A DNA stretch of 64,000 nt from Clostridiales bacterium (GCA_021202925.1 JAJQCD010000010.1:3932-67931); one strand, 5' to 3'. Positions 26,461 through 37,428 are shown, counted from the first letter of the stretch. Numbers and translations are program-made. The notes: generated from the letters alone by a model not told the origin.

Positions 26461-27483
26461 ATGAAAAAGTGGCAGACAGCCCTTTGTGCCGTAGTTACGG
26501 TAGCGGGAATTCTGGTCGTGGGATCGACATTTTTCTCGGTCTCCAGCGCGGCTGGCAGTGACACGCTCGTGATCAACATGGCACACAACCAGGCAGGCGG
26601 CTCGGAGATCGCCGGTTCGATCGCCAAAATCGCCGAATTTGTAGCAGAGGATCCCAGCCAGAAGCTGGCGGTCTCGATCTACGACAGCGGCGTACTGGGG
26701 TCAGAGAAGGAAGAAATCGAACTGGTGAAGGCCGGGGTGCTGGATATGGCAAAGGTTGGCGCGCAGACGCTCAGCCAGTTTGAAGACAAATATTCGGTCT
26801 TCGCACTCCCTTATCTTTTCCAGAGTCAGGAGCACTACTATGAGGCCTGCGAAAACAGCGAGAAGATTAAGGAACTCTTTACCTCAACAGCCGATGACGG
26901 CTACATTGCAATCGGTTATTACGCAAACGGCTCCCGTAACTTTTATCTGAAGGAAAACATCGCGGTTACCGACCCGTCCGTACTGAAGGGCAAGAAAATC
27001 CGTTCCATGCAGAGTACCACATCCATGGACATGATCGAAAAGATGGGCGGCTCTCCCGTACCGATGGCCAGCGGTGAGACCTACAGCGCACTGCAGCAAG
27101 GCATCGTGGACGGCGCGGAAAATACGGAGTTGGTTCTGACCGTAGACGGACATCAGGATCTGGTCAAGGCCTACACCTACACCGAACACCAGTATTCCCC
27201 GGACATTTACATCATCAGCACCAAGACCTGGAATCGCCTGACGGACGGTCAGAAGGAGCTTCTGACCACCTCGATTCAGAAGGCGAACGATAATTTTAAA
27301 AATCTGTACAACGGCATGATGCTGGAGGCAACGCAGGAAGCCGAACAGCACGGCGTGACGATTTATCGTGACATTGACAAGACGGCATTCATCGAAGCGG
27401 TTCAGCCCATCCATGCGGATTACACGGCAAAGGGTGAGGATTATAAGGCGCTGTACGATGATATCCAAAAATACGCGCAGTAA
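26461..27483 (+). CDS. dctP: TRAP transporter substrate-binding protein
   Basis: SGVLGSEKEEIELV, LKGKKIRSM, YSALQQGIVDGAEN, TEHQYSP. Confidence 0.9.
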   Translation: MKKWQTALCAVVTVAGILVVGSTFFSVSSAAGSDTLVINMAHNQAGGSEIAGSIAKIAEFVAEDPSQKLAVSIYDSGVLGSEKEEIELVKAGVLDMAKVGAQTLSQFEDKYSVFALPYLFQSQEHYYEACENSEKIKELFTSTADDGYIAIGYYANGSRNFYLKENIAVTDPSVLKGKKIRSMQSTTSMDMIEKMGGSPVPMASGETYSALQQGIVDGAENTELVLTVDGHQDLVKAYTYTEHQYSPDIYIISTKTWNRLTDGQKELLTTSIQKANDNFKNLYNGMMLEATQEAEQHGVTIYRDIDKTAFIEAVQPIHADYTAKGEDYKALYDDIQKYAQ

Positions 27484-27497
27484 GGAGGACATACAAA

Positions 27498-27965
27498 ATG
27501 AAAATCGTTGATAAAATTCTGGAAACCGTATTGAGCCTTCTGGTCGCCGTCATGGTACTCGGCTGCGTATGGCAGGTATTCACCCGGTTTGCCTTAAACA
27601 GCCCCAGCAAATATACCGAAGAGCTGCTGCGTTACCTGCTGATCTGGACCACCATGCTCGGCGTACCATACGCATATGGCAAGGACAAGCACCTGTCCAT
27701 CAACCTGCTCACTACCGCTTTTACGGAGAAGGGAAAATTCTATGCCCAGCTCGCGACCCGCATTCTCATCATCATTCTGAGTATTACCGTCATGATCATC
27801 GGCGGATATATGGTAACCACAAACGCCGCAGGCCAGATTTCTCCGGCTCTGCAGCTCCCAATGGAAGTTTATTATGCCTGCGTACCGATCAGCGGCATCC
27901 TGATGCTCGTTTACAGCGCCGATCATCTGATCAAAATGGCAACAACCTGGAAGGAGGTTCAATAA
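27498..27965 (+). CDS. dctQ: TRAP transporter small permease
   Basis: Four TM segments; WQVFTRF, TEELLRYLLIW. Confidence 0.9.
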   Translation: MKIVDKILETVLSLLVAVMVLGCVWQVFTRFALNSPSKYTEELLRYLLIWTTMLGVPYAYGKDKHLSINLLTTAFTEKGKFYAQLATRILIIILSITVMIIGGYMVTTNAAGQISPALQLPMEVYYACVPISGILMLVYSADHLIKMATTWKEVQ

Positions 27966-29270
27966 ATGCAGATTCAGGCAGCAATTGTTCTTGTCATTGT
28001 ATTTTTTCTGTTACTGGCCTACAGCGTACCTGTATCCTTCAGCATCATCAGCGCTGCGCTGGTCACCATTATCATGTTCCTGACGCCGAACTTCGGCATG
28101 TTTATCTCCGCCCAGAAGATGGTCGGCGGTATCGACAGTTTCTCCCTGCTTGCCGTGCCATTCTTTATCCTCGCCGGACTGCTGATGAGCAGTGGCGGCA
28201 TCGCCAGACGACTGGTTAACCTGGCGTTGCTTTTCCTTGGGCGGGTTCCCGGCTCCCTGGCTCTGACCAACATTGCCGGTAACGCGATGTTCGGCTCCAT
28301 CTCCGGTTCCGGTATCGCGGCAGCCACCGCCATCGGCGGCGTGATGAATCCGCTGGAAAAGGAGCATGGCTATGATGAAACCTATTCGGCAGCAGTCAAC
28401 ATCGCTTCCGCTCCGGTCGGACAGCTGATCCCTCCGACCACCGCACCAATCATTTACTCTACCGCAGCGGGCGGCATCTCCGTTTCCGCTCTGTTGATGG
28501 CAGGCTGGGTCCCGGGTATCCTCTGGGCATTGCTTTGTATGATCGTTGCCATGATCTATGGCCAGAGACACGGCTACATCATCAAGGGAGAAAAGATTTC
28601 CCTCTCTCAGGCACTTACTACCATCTGGCAGGCCGTACCCAGCCTTTTCCTGATCGTAATCATCGTCGGCGGTATCCTCTCCGGTCAGTTTACCGCGACA
28701 GAGGCCTCTGGTGTGGCAGTCGTTTACGCATTTGTACTCGCCGTATTCATTTATCGCACGATCAAACCATCTCAGATCATGGGGATTCTGCTGGATACCG
28801 CCGTCATGACGACCACCGTCATGCTGATCATCGGCGCCTCTTCTGTCCTGAGCTTTGTTCTCAGCTTTACCGGACTTCCGCAGGCGATCAGCTCCCTGCT
28901 GCTTGGAATTACGGAAAATAAGATTATACTCCTGCTGATCATCAACCTGATCCTGCTGGTTGTCGGTACCTTCATGGATATGGCTCCCGCACTGCTGATC
29001 TTCACCCCGATCTTCCTTCCGGTTGTCAAAAACCTGGGAATGGATCCGATCCAGTTTGGCGTTGTCATGATCATGAACCTGGCGCTTGGCACGATCACAC
29101 CGCCGGTAGGAAGCGTACTTTTCATTGGCAGCAGCGTCGCTCACCTGCCCGTCGAAGCCGTTATAAAAAAGCTGATTCCTTATGTACTGGTTGTCGTATT
29201 CGGACTGCTGCTGGTAACCTTTATCCCGGCCTTCTCGATGTGGCTGCCGACAGTGCTGGGACTTGTGTAA
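27966..29270 (+). CDS. dctM: TRAP transporter large permease
   Basis: SFSLLAVPFFILAG, LIPPT, TITPPVG. Confidence 0.93.
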   Translation: MQIQAAIVLVIVFFLLLAYSVPVSFSIISAALVTIIMFLTPNFGMFISAQKMVGGIDSFSLLAVPFFILAGLLMSSGGIARRLVNLALLFLGRVPGSLALTNIAGNAMFGSISGSGIAAATAIGGVMNPLEKEHGYDETYSAAVNIASAPVGQLIPPTTAPIIYSTAAGGISVSALLMAGWVPGILWALLCMIVAMIYGQRHGYIIKGEKISLSQALTTIWQAVPSLFLIVIIVGGILSGQFTATEASGVAVVYAFVLAVFIYRTIKPSQIMGILLDTAVMTTTVMLIIGASSVLSFVLSFTGLPQAISSLLLGITENKIILLLIINLILLVVGTFMDMAPALLIFTPIFLPVVKNLGMDPIQFGVVMIMNLALGTITPPVGSVLFIGSSVAHLPVEAVIKKLIPYVLVVVFGLLLVTFIPAFSMWLPTVLGLV

Positions 29271-29282
29271 AGAGGAGTTCCC

Positions 29283-30242
29283 TTACAGCATGGGGTGTTC
29301 GGTGAACTCTGCCGGGATCTGGTTGTTGTAAGTGACCGTATTCAGTGTCTTGCGGTACTTGAGGGGGGAGACTGTCATATATACCTTGAATATCCGTTCA
29401 AAGTATGTCATGCTCTCGAACCCCAGAGCCTCCGCAATCTCAGCGATACTCATATTCGTCTCTTCCAGATAGCGTTTGGCGCGGCGGATGCGATGGATAT
29501 TGCTGTATTCACTGATTGTATAGCCAGTGATTTCCTTAAAAATCTGGCACAGATAGGATTTGCTGAGGAAAAAGCGTGCAGACAGTTCATCCAGCGAGAT
29601 CGGATTCTCGCAGTGGGAGGAGAGATAATCCGCAATTTCATAGACGGTCCTGTTTTTCGGATTGTCCTGATCATGCGGGATCTCCTGGTTCTGCAGGAGA
29701 ATATAAGACTTCAGCCGGAAAAGCCATGCAAGAATGTCCAGATCGATACCGGTTCGATAATCGTGACCGCGATCCGTCAATGCATGACGGAGCTTGCGGA
29801 ACAGATCCAGAATCAGAATCTGCTGCTCACGGTCCAGATGATAGACACCGTAATGGTCGTCCAGCAGCCGCACCAGCTTAAGCGAAGGAAAAAGTTCGTC
29901 GTATGACTCCATCTTTTTCCGGTCGATATAGAGGATAATCCGGTTATGTCCGTCGGTGGTTCCCTTAATCGAGCGGGTCATGTGGATCAGATTGGAGGGA
30001 ATCAGGATCAGATCGCCGGAGTGGGCGATGTACTCGCGGTTATGAAAGAAAAAGACTCTCTCGCCTTCGACGATGTAGAAGATTTCGTACTGCATATGAA
30101 AGTGCTTGACACGCATATCGAATTTGCCGTATCGTACCATCTGTTCGAGCGAGATGCCGTCTGTTTCGCCGAAATATGTAACTTTTTCCATAAACAGCAT
30201 CATCCTTTGCGATTTGTCTGACAATGAGCAACATTTAATCAA
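29283..30242 (-). CDS. AraC-family transcriptional regulator (start uncertain)
   Basis: Cupin motif HFHMQYEIFY and a C-terminal double HTH (SIAEIAEALGFESMTYFERIFK). Confidence 0.9.
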   Translation of the reverse strand: MIKCCSLSDKSQRMMLFMEKVTYFGETDGISLEQMVRYGKFDMRVKHFHMQYEIFYIVEGERVFFFHNREYIAHSGDLILIPSNLIHMTRSIKGTTDGHNRIILYIDRKKMESYDELFPSLKLVRLLDDHYGVYHLDREQQILILDLFRKLRHALTDRGHDYRTGIDLDILAWLFRLKSYILLQNQEIPHDQDNPKNRTVYEIADYLSSHCENPISLDELSARFFLSKSYLCQIFKEITGYTISEYSNIHRIRRAKRYLEETNMSIAEIAEALGFESMTYFERIFKVYMTVSPLKYRKTLNTVTYNNQIPAEFTEHPML

Positions 30243-30296
30243 TATAGTTTAAATTATACAATAGACAGGATAAAAAATCCAGTATTGGAGGGAATA

Positions 30297-31415
30297 ATGA
30301 AAGGAATTAATTCGAACGATCTTGAAACCAAACTGAATCTTGTGATTGAAAAACTGATGAATCTTGGCGGACCGGAAGACGAGGCAGAGCTTGCAGAGGG
30401 TGGTGAGAAAATCGGCTTTTTCCGCCGCGATTTTGGCATCCATGAATGGGATTGGCCTCAGGGCGTCGGCCTTTACGGACTCCTGAAAATCATGAAAATC
30501 AAGAACCGGGACGATTATCAGGATTTTCTGTATCGCTGGTTTAAGGATAACATCCGTGCCGGACTTCCGTCGAAAAATATCAACACGACGACGCCTCTTC
30601 TGACCCTCGTAGAGTTAAACGAGAGTTACCATGACGAACAGTTTGAAGAACTGTGCCTCAAATGGGCGGACTGGCTGATGAACTGCCTGCCGCGCACCAA
30701 AGAAGGCGGATTTCAGCATGTCACCAGCGCCAACGGCGACCGGCAGGGCGTCCGTCTCAATGAGAATGAGATGTGGATCGATACGCTGTTTATGACCGTC
30801 CTCTTCTTAAACAAGATGGGACAGAAGTATCAGCGTCAGGAATGGGTCGACGAGTCCATTCACCAGGTACTCATGCATATCAAATATCTTTATGATAAGG
30901 AAACCGGGCTTTTTTATCACGGCTGGACCTTTAACGAATACAATAATTTCGGCGGTATCTTCTGGTGTCGTGGCAACAGCTGGTTTACTCTGGGTATTCT
31001 CGACTATGCCGATATGTTTGAGGGTTCGATGAATGCCGGACTCAAACATTTCATCATTGACACCTACAAGGCTCAGGTGTCCAGGCTTAAATCTCTCCAG
31101 GATGAGAGTGGCCTGTGGCATACCGTCCTTACCGACAGCACCAGTTATCTGGAAACCTCCGGCAGCGCGGCCATTACCGCCGGTATCCTTAAGGGAATCC
31201 GCTATGGCATTCTCGACGACTTATACCTTCCCTGCGCGACACGGGCAATCAATGGAATTCTCCGGAATATTGATGAGGATGGAACGGTTCTCAATGTGTC
31301 CGGCGGAACCGGCATGGGATACAATGCGGAGCATTATAAAAATATCCTGATTGCACCAATGGCCTATGGGCAGTCATTGACGATCCTTGCCCTGGCGGAA
31401 GCGCTTGCCATGTAA
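30297..31415 (+). CDS. GH105/GH88 unsaturated glycuronyl hydrolase (YteR-like)
   Basis: WDWPQGVGLYG, MWIDTLFMTV, FWCRGNSW, YLETSGSA, PMAYGQ. Confidence 0.9.
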   Translation: MKGINSNDLETKLNLVIEKLMNLGGPEDEAELAEGGEKIGFFRRDFGIHEWDWPQGVGLYGLLKIMKIKNRDDYQDFLYRWFKDNIRAGLPSKNINTTTPLLTLVELNESYHDEQFEELCLKWADWLMNCLPRTKEGGFQHVTSANGDRQGVRLNENEMWIDTLFMTVLFLNKMGQKYQRQEWVDESIHQVLMHIKYLYDKETGLFYHGWTFNEYNNFGGIFWCRGNSWFTLGILDYADMFEGSMNAGLKHFIIDTYKAQVSRLKSLQDESGLWHTVLTDSTSYLETSGSAAITAGILKGIRYGILDDLYLPCATRAINGILRNIDEDGTVLNVSGGTGMGYNAEHYKNILIAPMAYGQSLTILALAEALAM

Positions 31416-31506
31416 GAAAGACAGCTGTTTATGCTCTCATGTGGCGTCTCCGCAATATTTTGTACGGAAACAGGAGTAACGAGTAATCGGGAAAGCGAGG
31501 AATGAT

Positions 31507-32319
31507 ATGGCAATCGGTGTTCGTGCGCATGATTATGGAAAACGGAAGATTACGGAAATGGCAGAGCTGCTTCATGATGAAGGATATCGGGCTGCTCAGG
31601 TGATTTTGCCGAAAGCCTTTATCGAAATTGACCGTTATGAGGATGTTACCCCGGAGCATCTGGAAAGGATTCGAAGAGAATTTGCCAGAAATGATATTTC
31701 CATTGCGGTGCTTGGCTGTTATATGGATTTGGGAAATCCGGATGCGGATGTGAGAAAAGCCGGGGTCGAGACCATGAAAAAGTGTCTTGTTTTTGCCAGG
31801 GAGCTGGGGGCAGGCATGGTTGGCACGGAAACGGCATATCCGCATCTTAGCCCGGAGGAACGGAAGCTCTGGAAGCCATATATGATTGACAGTGTGCGGC
31901 GAATCATGGAAGAAGCACAGCGTGTTGACATGCATCTTGGCCTGGAGCCGGTGTGCTGGCATCCGCTGGCGGATCTGGATACGGTGCGGGAGGTCATTCA
32001 GATGGTGGATGATCCGCAGCACCTGCGTCTCATTTTTGACGCAGCGAATCAGCTGGAATTTCCTGCGCAGGTGGATCAGGACGCTTTGTGGACGGCGTGG
32101 CTGGACGCGGTCGGTGAATATGTGGACGTCCTTCATGTCAAAGATTTTACTTTTGGACGGCGCGGCTCTTACCAGCCGGAACCGTTGGGCAGGGGCATGA
32201 TGGATTACACGGCGATCAGCCGGTGGCTGCGGCGCCAGAAGCGGGAGATTCATCTGATTCGGGAGGAGATGAATCTGCTTTTCGCAAAAGAAGACCTGGC
32301 GTATATGAGAAACCTGTAA
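31507..32319 (+). CDS. Sugar phosphate isomerase/epimerase (TIM barrel)
   Basis: GTET, GLEPV, LIFDAAN, LHVKDF, IREE metal-binding pattern. Confidence 0.85.
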   Translation: MAIGVRAHDYGKRKITEMAELLHDEGYRAAQVILPKAFIEIDRYEDVTPEHLERIRREFARNDISIAVLGCYMDLGNPDADVRKAGVETMKKCLVFARELGAGMVGTETAYPHLSPEERKLWKPYMIDSVRRIMEEAQRVDMHLGLEPVCWHPLADLDTVREVIQMVDDPQHLRLIFDAANQLEFPAQVDQDALWTAWLDAVGEYVDVLHVKDFTFGRRGSYQPEPLGRGMMDYTAISRWLRRQKREIHLIREEMNLLFAKEDLAYMRNL

Positions 32320-32477
32320 ACACGAATTTTTATTTGAATCGGCAAAATGGTTTTGGAGGGAGCGCGAATGATCGCGCTCCTTTCTTCATGTGGAGGGGCG
32401 GAGTTCTTCGGAAAATCCGGTTTACACCGGAAGCGAAATTTGCTATCATGGACTGTGGACACAAAGGAGGTCAGACA

Positions 32478-33287
32478 ATGAAGGGGATTGTCAGTTTTGA
32501 TATTGATATGACGCTTTTGAATCATGCGGACTACCGGGTGCCGGACAGCGCCATGCGTGCGATTGAGCAGTTACGGAAGAATTATTATGTTGTGCTTGCG
32601 ACCGGACGGGATCTGGATACCAGTTACAGTGCCGGTTATCGGGAGATGTTCAATCCGGATGCGATTATTCACCTGAACGGAACGAAGGTAGAAGTCGGCG
32701 GTGAAGTGATTGCATCCCATTTTATGGATCGGAATCTGGTGGAGCGGGTGCTGCATTTTGCGGAAGGAAAGTCCTTTGCGGTGGGCCTGACGGCGGGATC
32801 GGAAGATTATTTCGTGAATCCGGAGTATGTGACGATCCATGACATGCGTCGGTGGGGCAGTTCGGACCGCAGGTTTCGGAATCCGTGGAAACTGATGGAG
32901 ATGGAAGTGCGGACGATGACATATATTGGCAGCGAAGAAGGCAGAAAGCAGGTCGAGGAAGCGTTTCCGGAATTGCGGCTTCCACCGTTCTCCAGCCGGG
33001 AAGGCGCAGACATGATCGAACTGGGCTCATCGAAAGCGGTGGGGCTGGGGCGCCTGTGTACGTATTTTGATATTCCGATTGAGAAGACGGTTGCGTTTGG
33101 CGATAGCATGAACGACATGGAGATCATCGAAGCGGCGGGAATCGGTGTGGCGATGGGAAACGCCGACGAGGAGCTGAAAGCGGTCGCAGACTATGTCACG
33201 ACGGCGATTGGCGACGATGGCGTCTGGAATGCCTGCGTGAATCTGGGGCTGATTGAAGGAACGAACCGGGAGGAGGAAGACGGATGA
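32478..33287 (+). CDS. Cof-like HAD hydrolase
   Basis: FDIDMTL, LATGR, AFGDSMNDMEII, AMGNA. Confidence 0.92.
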   Translation: MKGIVSFDIDMTLLNHADYRVPDSAMRAIEQLRKNYYVVLATGRDLDTSYSAGYREMFNPDAIIHLNGTKVEVGGEVIASHFMDRNLVERVLHFAEGKSFAVGLTAGSEDYFVNPEYVTIHDMRRWGSSDRRFRNPWKLMEMEVRTMTYIGSEEGRKQVEEAFPELRLPPFSSREGADMIELGSSKAVGLGRLCTYFDIPIEKTVAFGDSMNDMEIIEAAGIGVAMGNADEELKAVADYVTTAIGDDGVWNACVNLGLIEGTNREEEDG

Positions 33288-35080
33288 GCGAGATTGCGGT
33301 CAGACTGGAAAAACTGAGAATGCAGATGGAGAACCGGGGCGTTGATGCGGTACTGATTCCTACGTCTGATTACCATGGATCGGAATATGTGGGCGATTAT
33401 TTTGCCTGTCGCGAGTATATTACGGGTTTTACCGGTTCGGCAGGGACTGCACTGGTGATGAAGGACTGGGCAGGACTCTGGACGGATGGCCGTTATTTTG
33501 TACAGGCGGCCGCACAGCTGGCCGGTTCGGGCGTGGAGCTCATGAAGATGGGGCAGCCAGGCGTGCCGACAGTGGAAGCGTATCTGGAACGAAATCTGCC
33601 GGCTGGCGGGACGCTGGGATTTGATGGCCGGGTGGTAAATGCTAAGACCGGGGAGAAGCTGGAGAAGCTTCTGGAAGACAGGAAGGTTACCATTGCATTT
33701 CGCGAGACGCTGGTTGACAGGATCTGGGAAAACCGGCCGTCTTTGTCTGCGGAGCCAGTCTGGATTCTGGATGAGAAATATGCGGGAAAATCCGCGTCCC
33801 ATAAGATCGCTGATCTGCGCGCTGCAATGAACGCGTTGCGGGCAGACGTCCATGTGATGACGACGCTGGATGATATTATGTGGCTTTTAAACATTCGCGG
33901 GAATGATGTGCCTTGCAATCCGGTGGCGTTGTCGTATCTGGCAGTAACCCGGACAGAAATCTTTCTGTTTCTGAATGAAACGGTTGTTTCAGACGAAGTA
34001 CAGACGTATCTGGAAGCGAACGGTGTGACCATCTGTCCATATAACGGTATATATGAATACGTTGCCGGGCTGCGTAACAGGAGAATCCTTCTGGAAAAGG
34101 GACAGGTCAATTATGCGATTGTCAAATCGATCGATGAATCCAACCGGGTGATTGACCGCATGAATCCGACGGTGATGGCCAAGGCGAGGAAGAACCCGAC
34201 AGAGATTGAGAACCTGAAGGCCGCTCATATTCGTGATGGCGTGGCGATGACCAGGTATATTTACTGGTTGAAGCACAATGTCGGGAAACTTCCGATGACG
34301 GAATGTTCGGTGGCAGACAGACTGGATGAGCTGCGGAAAGAGTGTGGAGCCATGCAGCCCAGCTTTGCGACGATTTCCGCCTGTGGAGCCAATGCGGCCA
34401 TGTGCCATTATCATGCGGAGCCGGACAGTTGCGCGACGATAGAAGCGAGGGGACTTTACCTGGTCGACTCCGGCGGGCAGTACCTGGAAGGAACGACGGA
34501 CGTGACGCGGACCATTGCCCTGGGGATGGTGACTGAAGAGGAAAAGTTCCATTATACGCTGGTGTTGATGGGGATGCTGAGGCTGGGGCGTGTCAGGTTC
34601 CTGCGCGGTGCGAGCGGACTGACGCTGGATTTTGCGGCACGGGAACCACTCTGGAAATACGGCCTGGATTTTAACCACGGCACCGGACATGGCGTCGGGT
34701 ATCTGCTGAATGTCCATGAGCGGCCGGTGGGAATCCGTTTCCGCGTCGTGCCGGAACGGCAGGACAGCGTTCCTTTTGAGCCGGGCATGGTCTGTTCGGA
34801 TGAGCCTGGTCTCTATATAGAAGGAAAGCATGGCATCCGCACGGAAAATCTGATGTATTGTCTGGAGGACGAACAGACAGAATATGGTTCGTTCCTCCGC
34901 TTTGAGTACCTGACATATGTGCCGATCGATCTGGAACCGGTGGATGTGTCGCTGATGGAACCTGAGGATGTTGCGGCGTTAAACGCATACCATGAGAAGG
35001 TGTTTGAGAAAATCGCGCCTTACCTGACGACGGAGGAGGCAACATGGCTGCGTCAGGTAACCAGGCCTCTGGAGAAATGA
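33284..35080 (+). CDS. Xaa-Pro aminopeptidase (M24)
   Basis: DSGGQYLEGTTDVTRT, HGTGHGVG, SDEPGLY, GIRTEN. Confidence 0.95.
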   Translation: MSEIAVRLEKLRMQMENRGVDAVLIPTSDYHGSEYVGDYFACREYITGFTGSAGTALVMKDWAGLWTDGRYFVQAAAQLAGSGVELMKMGQPGVPTVEAYLERNLPAGGTLGFDGRVVNAKTGEKLEKLLEDRKVTIAFRETLVDRIWENRPSLSAEPVWILDEKYAGKSASHKIADLRAAMNALRADVHVMTTLDDIMWLLNIRGNDVPCNPVALSYLAVTRTEIFLFLNETVVSDEVQTYLEANGVTICPYNGIYEYVAGLRNRRILLEKGQVNYAIVKSIDESNRVIDRMNPTVMAKARKNPTEIENLKAAHIRDGVAMTRYIYWLKHNVGKLPMTECSVADRLDELRKECGAMQPSFATISACGANAAMCHYHAEPDSCATIEARGLYLVDSGGQYLEGTTDVTRTIALGMVTEEEKFHYTLVLMGMLRLGRVRFLRGASGLTLDFAAREPLWKYGLDFNHGTGHGVGYLLNVHERPVGIRFRVVPERQDSVPFEPGMVCSDEPGLYIEGKHGIRTENLMYCLEDEQTEYGSFLRFEYLTYVPIDLEPVDVSLMEPEDVAALNAYHEKVFEKIAPYLTTEEATWLRQVTRPLEK

Positions 35081-36261
35081 GGAAACAGGAGCAGGGGAAA
35101 GGAACATTGAGAGAAAACAGGAAAGAGAAGCTTTGTCCGGTGGCAAAGCGTTGCGGAGGATGTCAGTATCTGGATCTTCCCTATCCGGAACAGCTTGCAA
35201 ATAAACAGGAGCGGATGCGGAAATTACTGAGTGAGTATGGGAAGGTCTGGCCGATTCATGGGATGGAACATCCGTTTCATTATCGCAATAAGGTTCACGC
35301 GGTGTTCGGGTTTCAGAAGGGAGAGACGGTTTGCGGCATCTATGAGGAGGGGACGCATCATATTGTCCCGGTGGAACGATGCCTGATTGAAGATGAGAAA
35401 TGCAGCGCGATCATCCGCACCATCCGGGGGATGCTGCGGTCATTCAGGATTCGCACATATGATGAGGATACGCAGTTTGGCCTTTTGCGGCATGTCCTGG
35501 TCAGGCGTGGTTTTGCGACCGGTCAGATTATGGTGGTTCTGGTGACGGTTTCGCCGGTCTTCCCGTCGAAGAACAATTTTGTGAAGGCGCTTCGCGAGAA
35601 ACATCCGGAAATCACAACGGTGGCGCAGAACATCAATGGACGCGGAACCAGCATGGTACTGGGGGACAGGGAGCAGGTCCTGTATGGCAGTGGATATATC
35701 GAAGACATTCTCTGTGGCTGCCGTTTCCGAATCTCTTCACGGTCGTTTTACCAGGTGAACCCGGTGCAGACGGAATATCTGTATGGGAAGGCAGTGGAGC
35801 TTGCAGGGCTGACCGGCCGGGAGACGGTGCTTGACGCATATTGTGGAATTGGCACGATCGGGATTCTGGCTGCTTCCCGCGCCAGGCAGGTGATCGGCGT
35901 GGAACGCAATGCGGATGCGGTTCGTGACGCAGTGCAGAATGCAAAGCGAAACGAAATCCGCAACATTACCTTCTATTGTAAGGATGCGACGGAATTTATG
36001 ACGGAGATGGCGCGAAACGCCCAGACCGTCGATGTGGTTCTGATGGATCCGCCGCGAAGCGGGAGCACCGAGGCGTTTATCCGGGCGGTGGCTGCTGTCC
36101 GGGCCAGACGGGTGGTGTATATTTCCTGCGGGCCGGATACGCTCGCCAGGGATCTGGGAATATTCCGGAAACTCGGGTACCGTGCGGAAGGTGCGTGGCC
36201 GGTAGACATGTTTCCATTTACGACACATACGGAAGTCTGTGTGAAGCTGAAAAGCAATTGA
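35077..36261 (+). CDS. rlmD: 23S rRNA m5U1939 methyltransferase
   Basis: CPVAKRCGGCQY, SFYQVN, LDAYCGIGTIG, MDPPRSG, YISC, DMFPFTTHTE. Confidence 0.92.
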   Translation: MRKQEQGKGTLRENRKEKLCPVAKRCGGCQYLDLPYPEQLANKQERMRKLLSEYGKVWPIHGMEHPFHYRNKVHAVFGFQKGETVCGIYEEGTHHIVPVERCLIEDEKCSAIIRTIRGMLRSFRIRTYDEDTQFGLLRHVLVRRGFATGQIMVVLVTVSPVFPSKNNFVKALREKHPEITTVAQNINGRGTSMVLGDREQVLYGSGYIEDILCGCRFRISSRSFYQVNPVQTEYLYGKAVELAGLTGRETVLDAYCGIGTIGILAASRARQVIGVERNADAVRDAVQNAKRNEIRNITFYCKDATEFMTEMARNAQTVDVVLMDPPRSGSTEAFIRAVAAVRARRVVYISCGPDTLARDLGIFRKLGYRAEGAWPVDMFPFTTHTEVCVKLKSN

Positions 36262-36287
36262 TGATTGATCGAAGGAGGAAAATTATC

Positions 36288-36929
36288 ATGAACGGAAATT
36301 CCGCAAAAAAGGAGATCGCTGCGGACAAGATGGGCCTGAGCGCAAAGGAGATTGCTCTGATCGGTTTATTCGGCGCTCTGGGCGCGATCCTGATGATGTT
36401 CCGGTTCCCGATCCCGTTTATGCCGCCTTATATGTCCTTTGACCTTTCCGGTCTGCTGGAAATGATCGGAGGGTTTATGATGGGGCCGGTGGCAGCAGTG
36501 ATGATCATTCTGGTCAAAATTCTGGTGCAGGTGGTAACGACGGGGACGAAATCAGCCATGACCGGTGAACTGCAGAATTTTATTCTCAGTTGTGCATATG
36601 TCCTGCCGGCGGTAGTGATCTATGACTGCCATAAGACGAGAAAACGTGCGATCGTGGGGATGGTTGTGGGAACGGTGATCTGTGCCCTGGTCGCAGTCCT
36701 GACGAACATTTATCTGATCATTCCGTTTTATGTCAATCTGATGGGAATGACCTGGGAAGCGATTGTCGAGATGTGTACCAAAGTCAATCCTCTGATGAAG
36801 GATGTGCCGACAATGGCGATTTTCGGTATCATCCCCTTTAATCTGATCAAGTATGGAATCACTTCCATCCTGACACTGATCGTATACAAGAAAATCAGCC
36901 GCCCGATGAAGGAATTTATGAGAAAGTAG
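36288..36929 (+). CDS. ECF transporter S component (RibU-like)
   Basis: FPIPFMPPYMSFDLS, GFMMGP, IIPFNLIK. Confidence 0.85.
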   Translation: MNGNSAKKEIAADKMGLSAKEIALIGLFGALGAILMMFRFPIPFMPPYMSFDLSGLLEMIGGFMMGPVAAVMIILVKILVQVVTTGTKSAMTGELQNFILSCAYVLPAVVIYDCHKTRKRAIVGMVVGTVICALVAVLTNIYLIIPFYVNLMGMTWEAIVEMCTKVNPLMKDVPTMAIFGIIPFNLIKYGITSILTLIVYKKISRPMKEFMRK

Positions 36930-36942
36930 AGGAGGATCGCTG

Positions 36943-37428
36943 ATGAAATTCAGTCTGAACAAATCGTTGAGTTTTGAGGAAGCCGTTGCGCTCCTGTTTG
37001 AGAAGCTGGGCACGGACAAGATCATGGCGCTGGCATCGAGTGTCCATGACTATGTCATGGTCCGCAATGTAAGCTGCCTGTTTTATGACGGCAGGATCTG
37101 GTTTAAGACGGATAAGAATTTCCGCAAGACCAGGCAGCTGTTTGAGAATCCGAACGTGGCTCTGTGCTGGAGCGGCGTGCAGGTGGAAGGGACGGCAGAG
37201 AACTGCGGGCTGGTGGTTGATGAGCTGGGGCGCGTGTTTGAGCAGGCCTACCAGAAATATCTCTGGGGGAGCTATAATAAGTACAGTCACGAGGATTCTG
37301 AGATTATCATCCGGGTGACGCCACGCTATGTGGAGGTCTGGGATACCAGCGAGGATGGTTATGCCTATCAGATTTTCATTGATTTTGAGCATGAGAGTGT
37401 TGAGGTGAAACCGTACGACCGGAAATAA
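36943..37428 (+). CDS. Pyridoxamine 5'-phosphate oxidase-like FMN-binding protein
   Basis: MALASS, IWFKTDKNFRKTRQLFENPNVALC. Confidence 0.75.
   Translation: MKFSLNKSLSFEEAVALLFEKLGTDKIMALASSVHDYVMVRNVSCLFYDGRIWFKTDKNFRKTRQLFENPNVALCWSGVQVEGTAENCGLVVDELGRVFEQAYQKYLWGSYNKYSHEDSEIIIRVTPRYVEVWDTSEDGYAYQIFIDFEHESVEVKPYDRK

Noticed and set aside
35077-36261. Element insertion at the rlmD 3' end, a known ICE target
   Set aside because: The gene is intact and directly followed by the ECF S-component gene.
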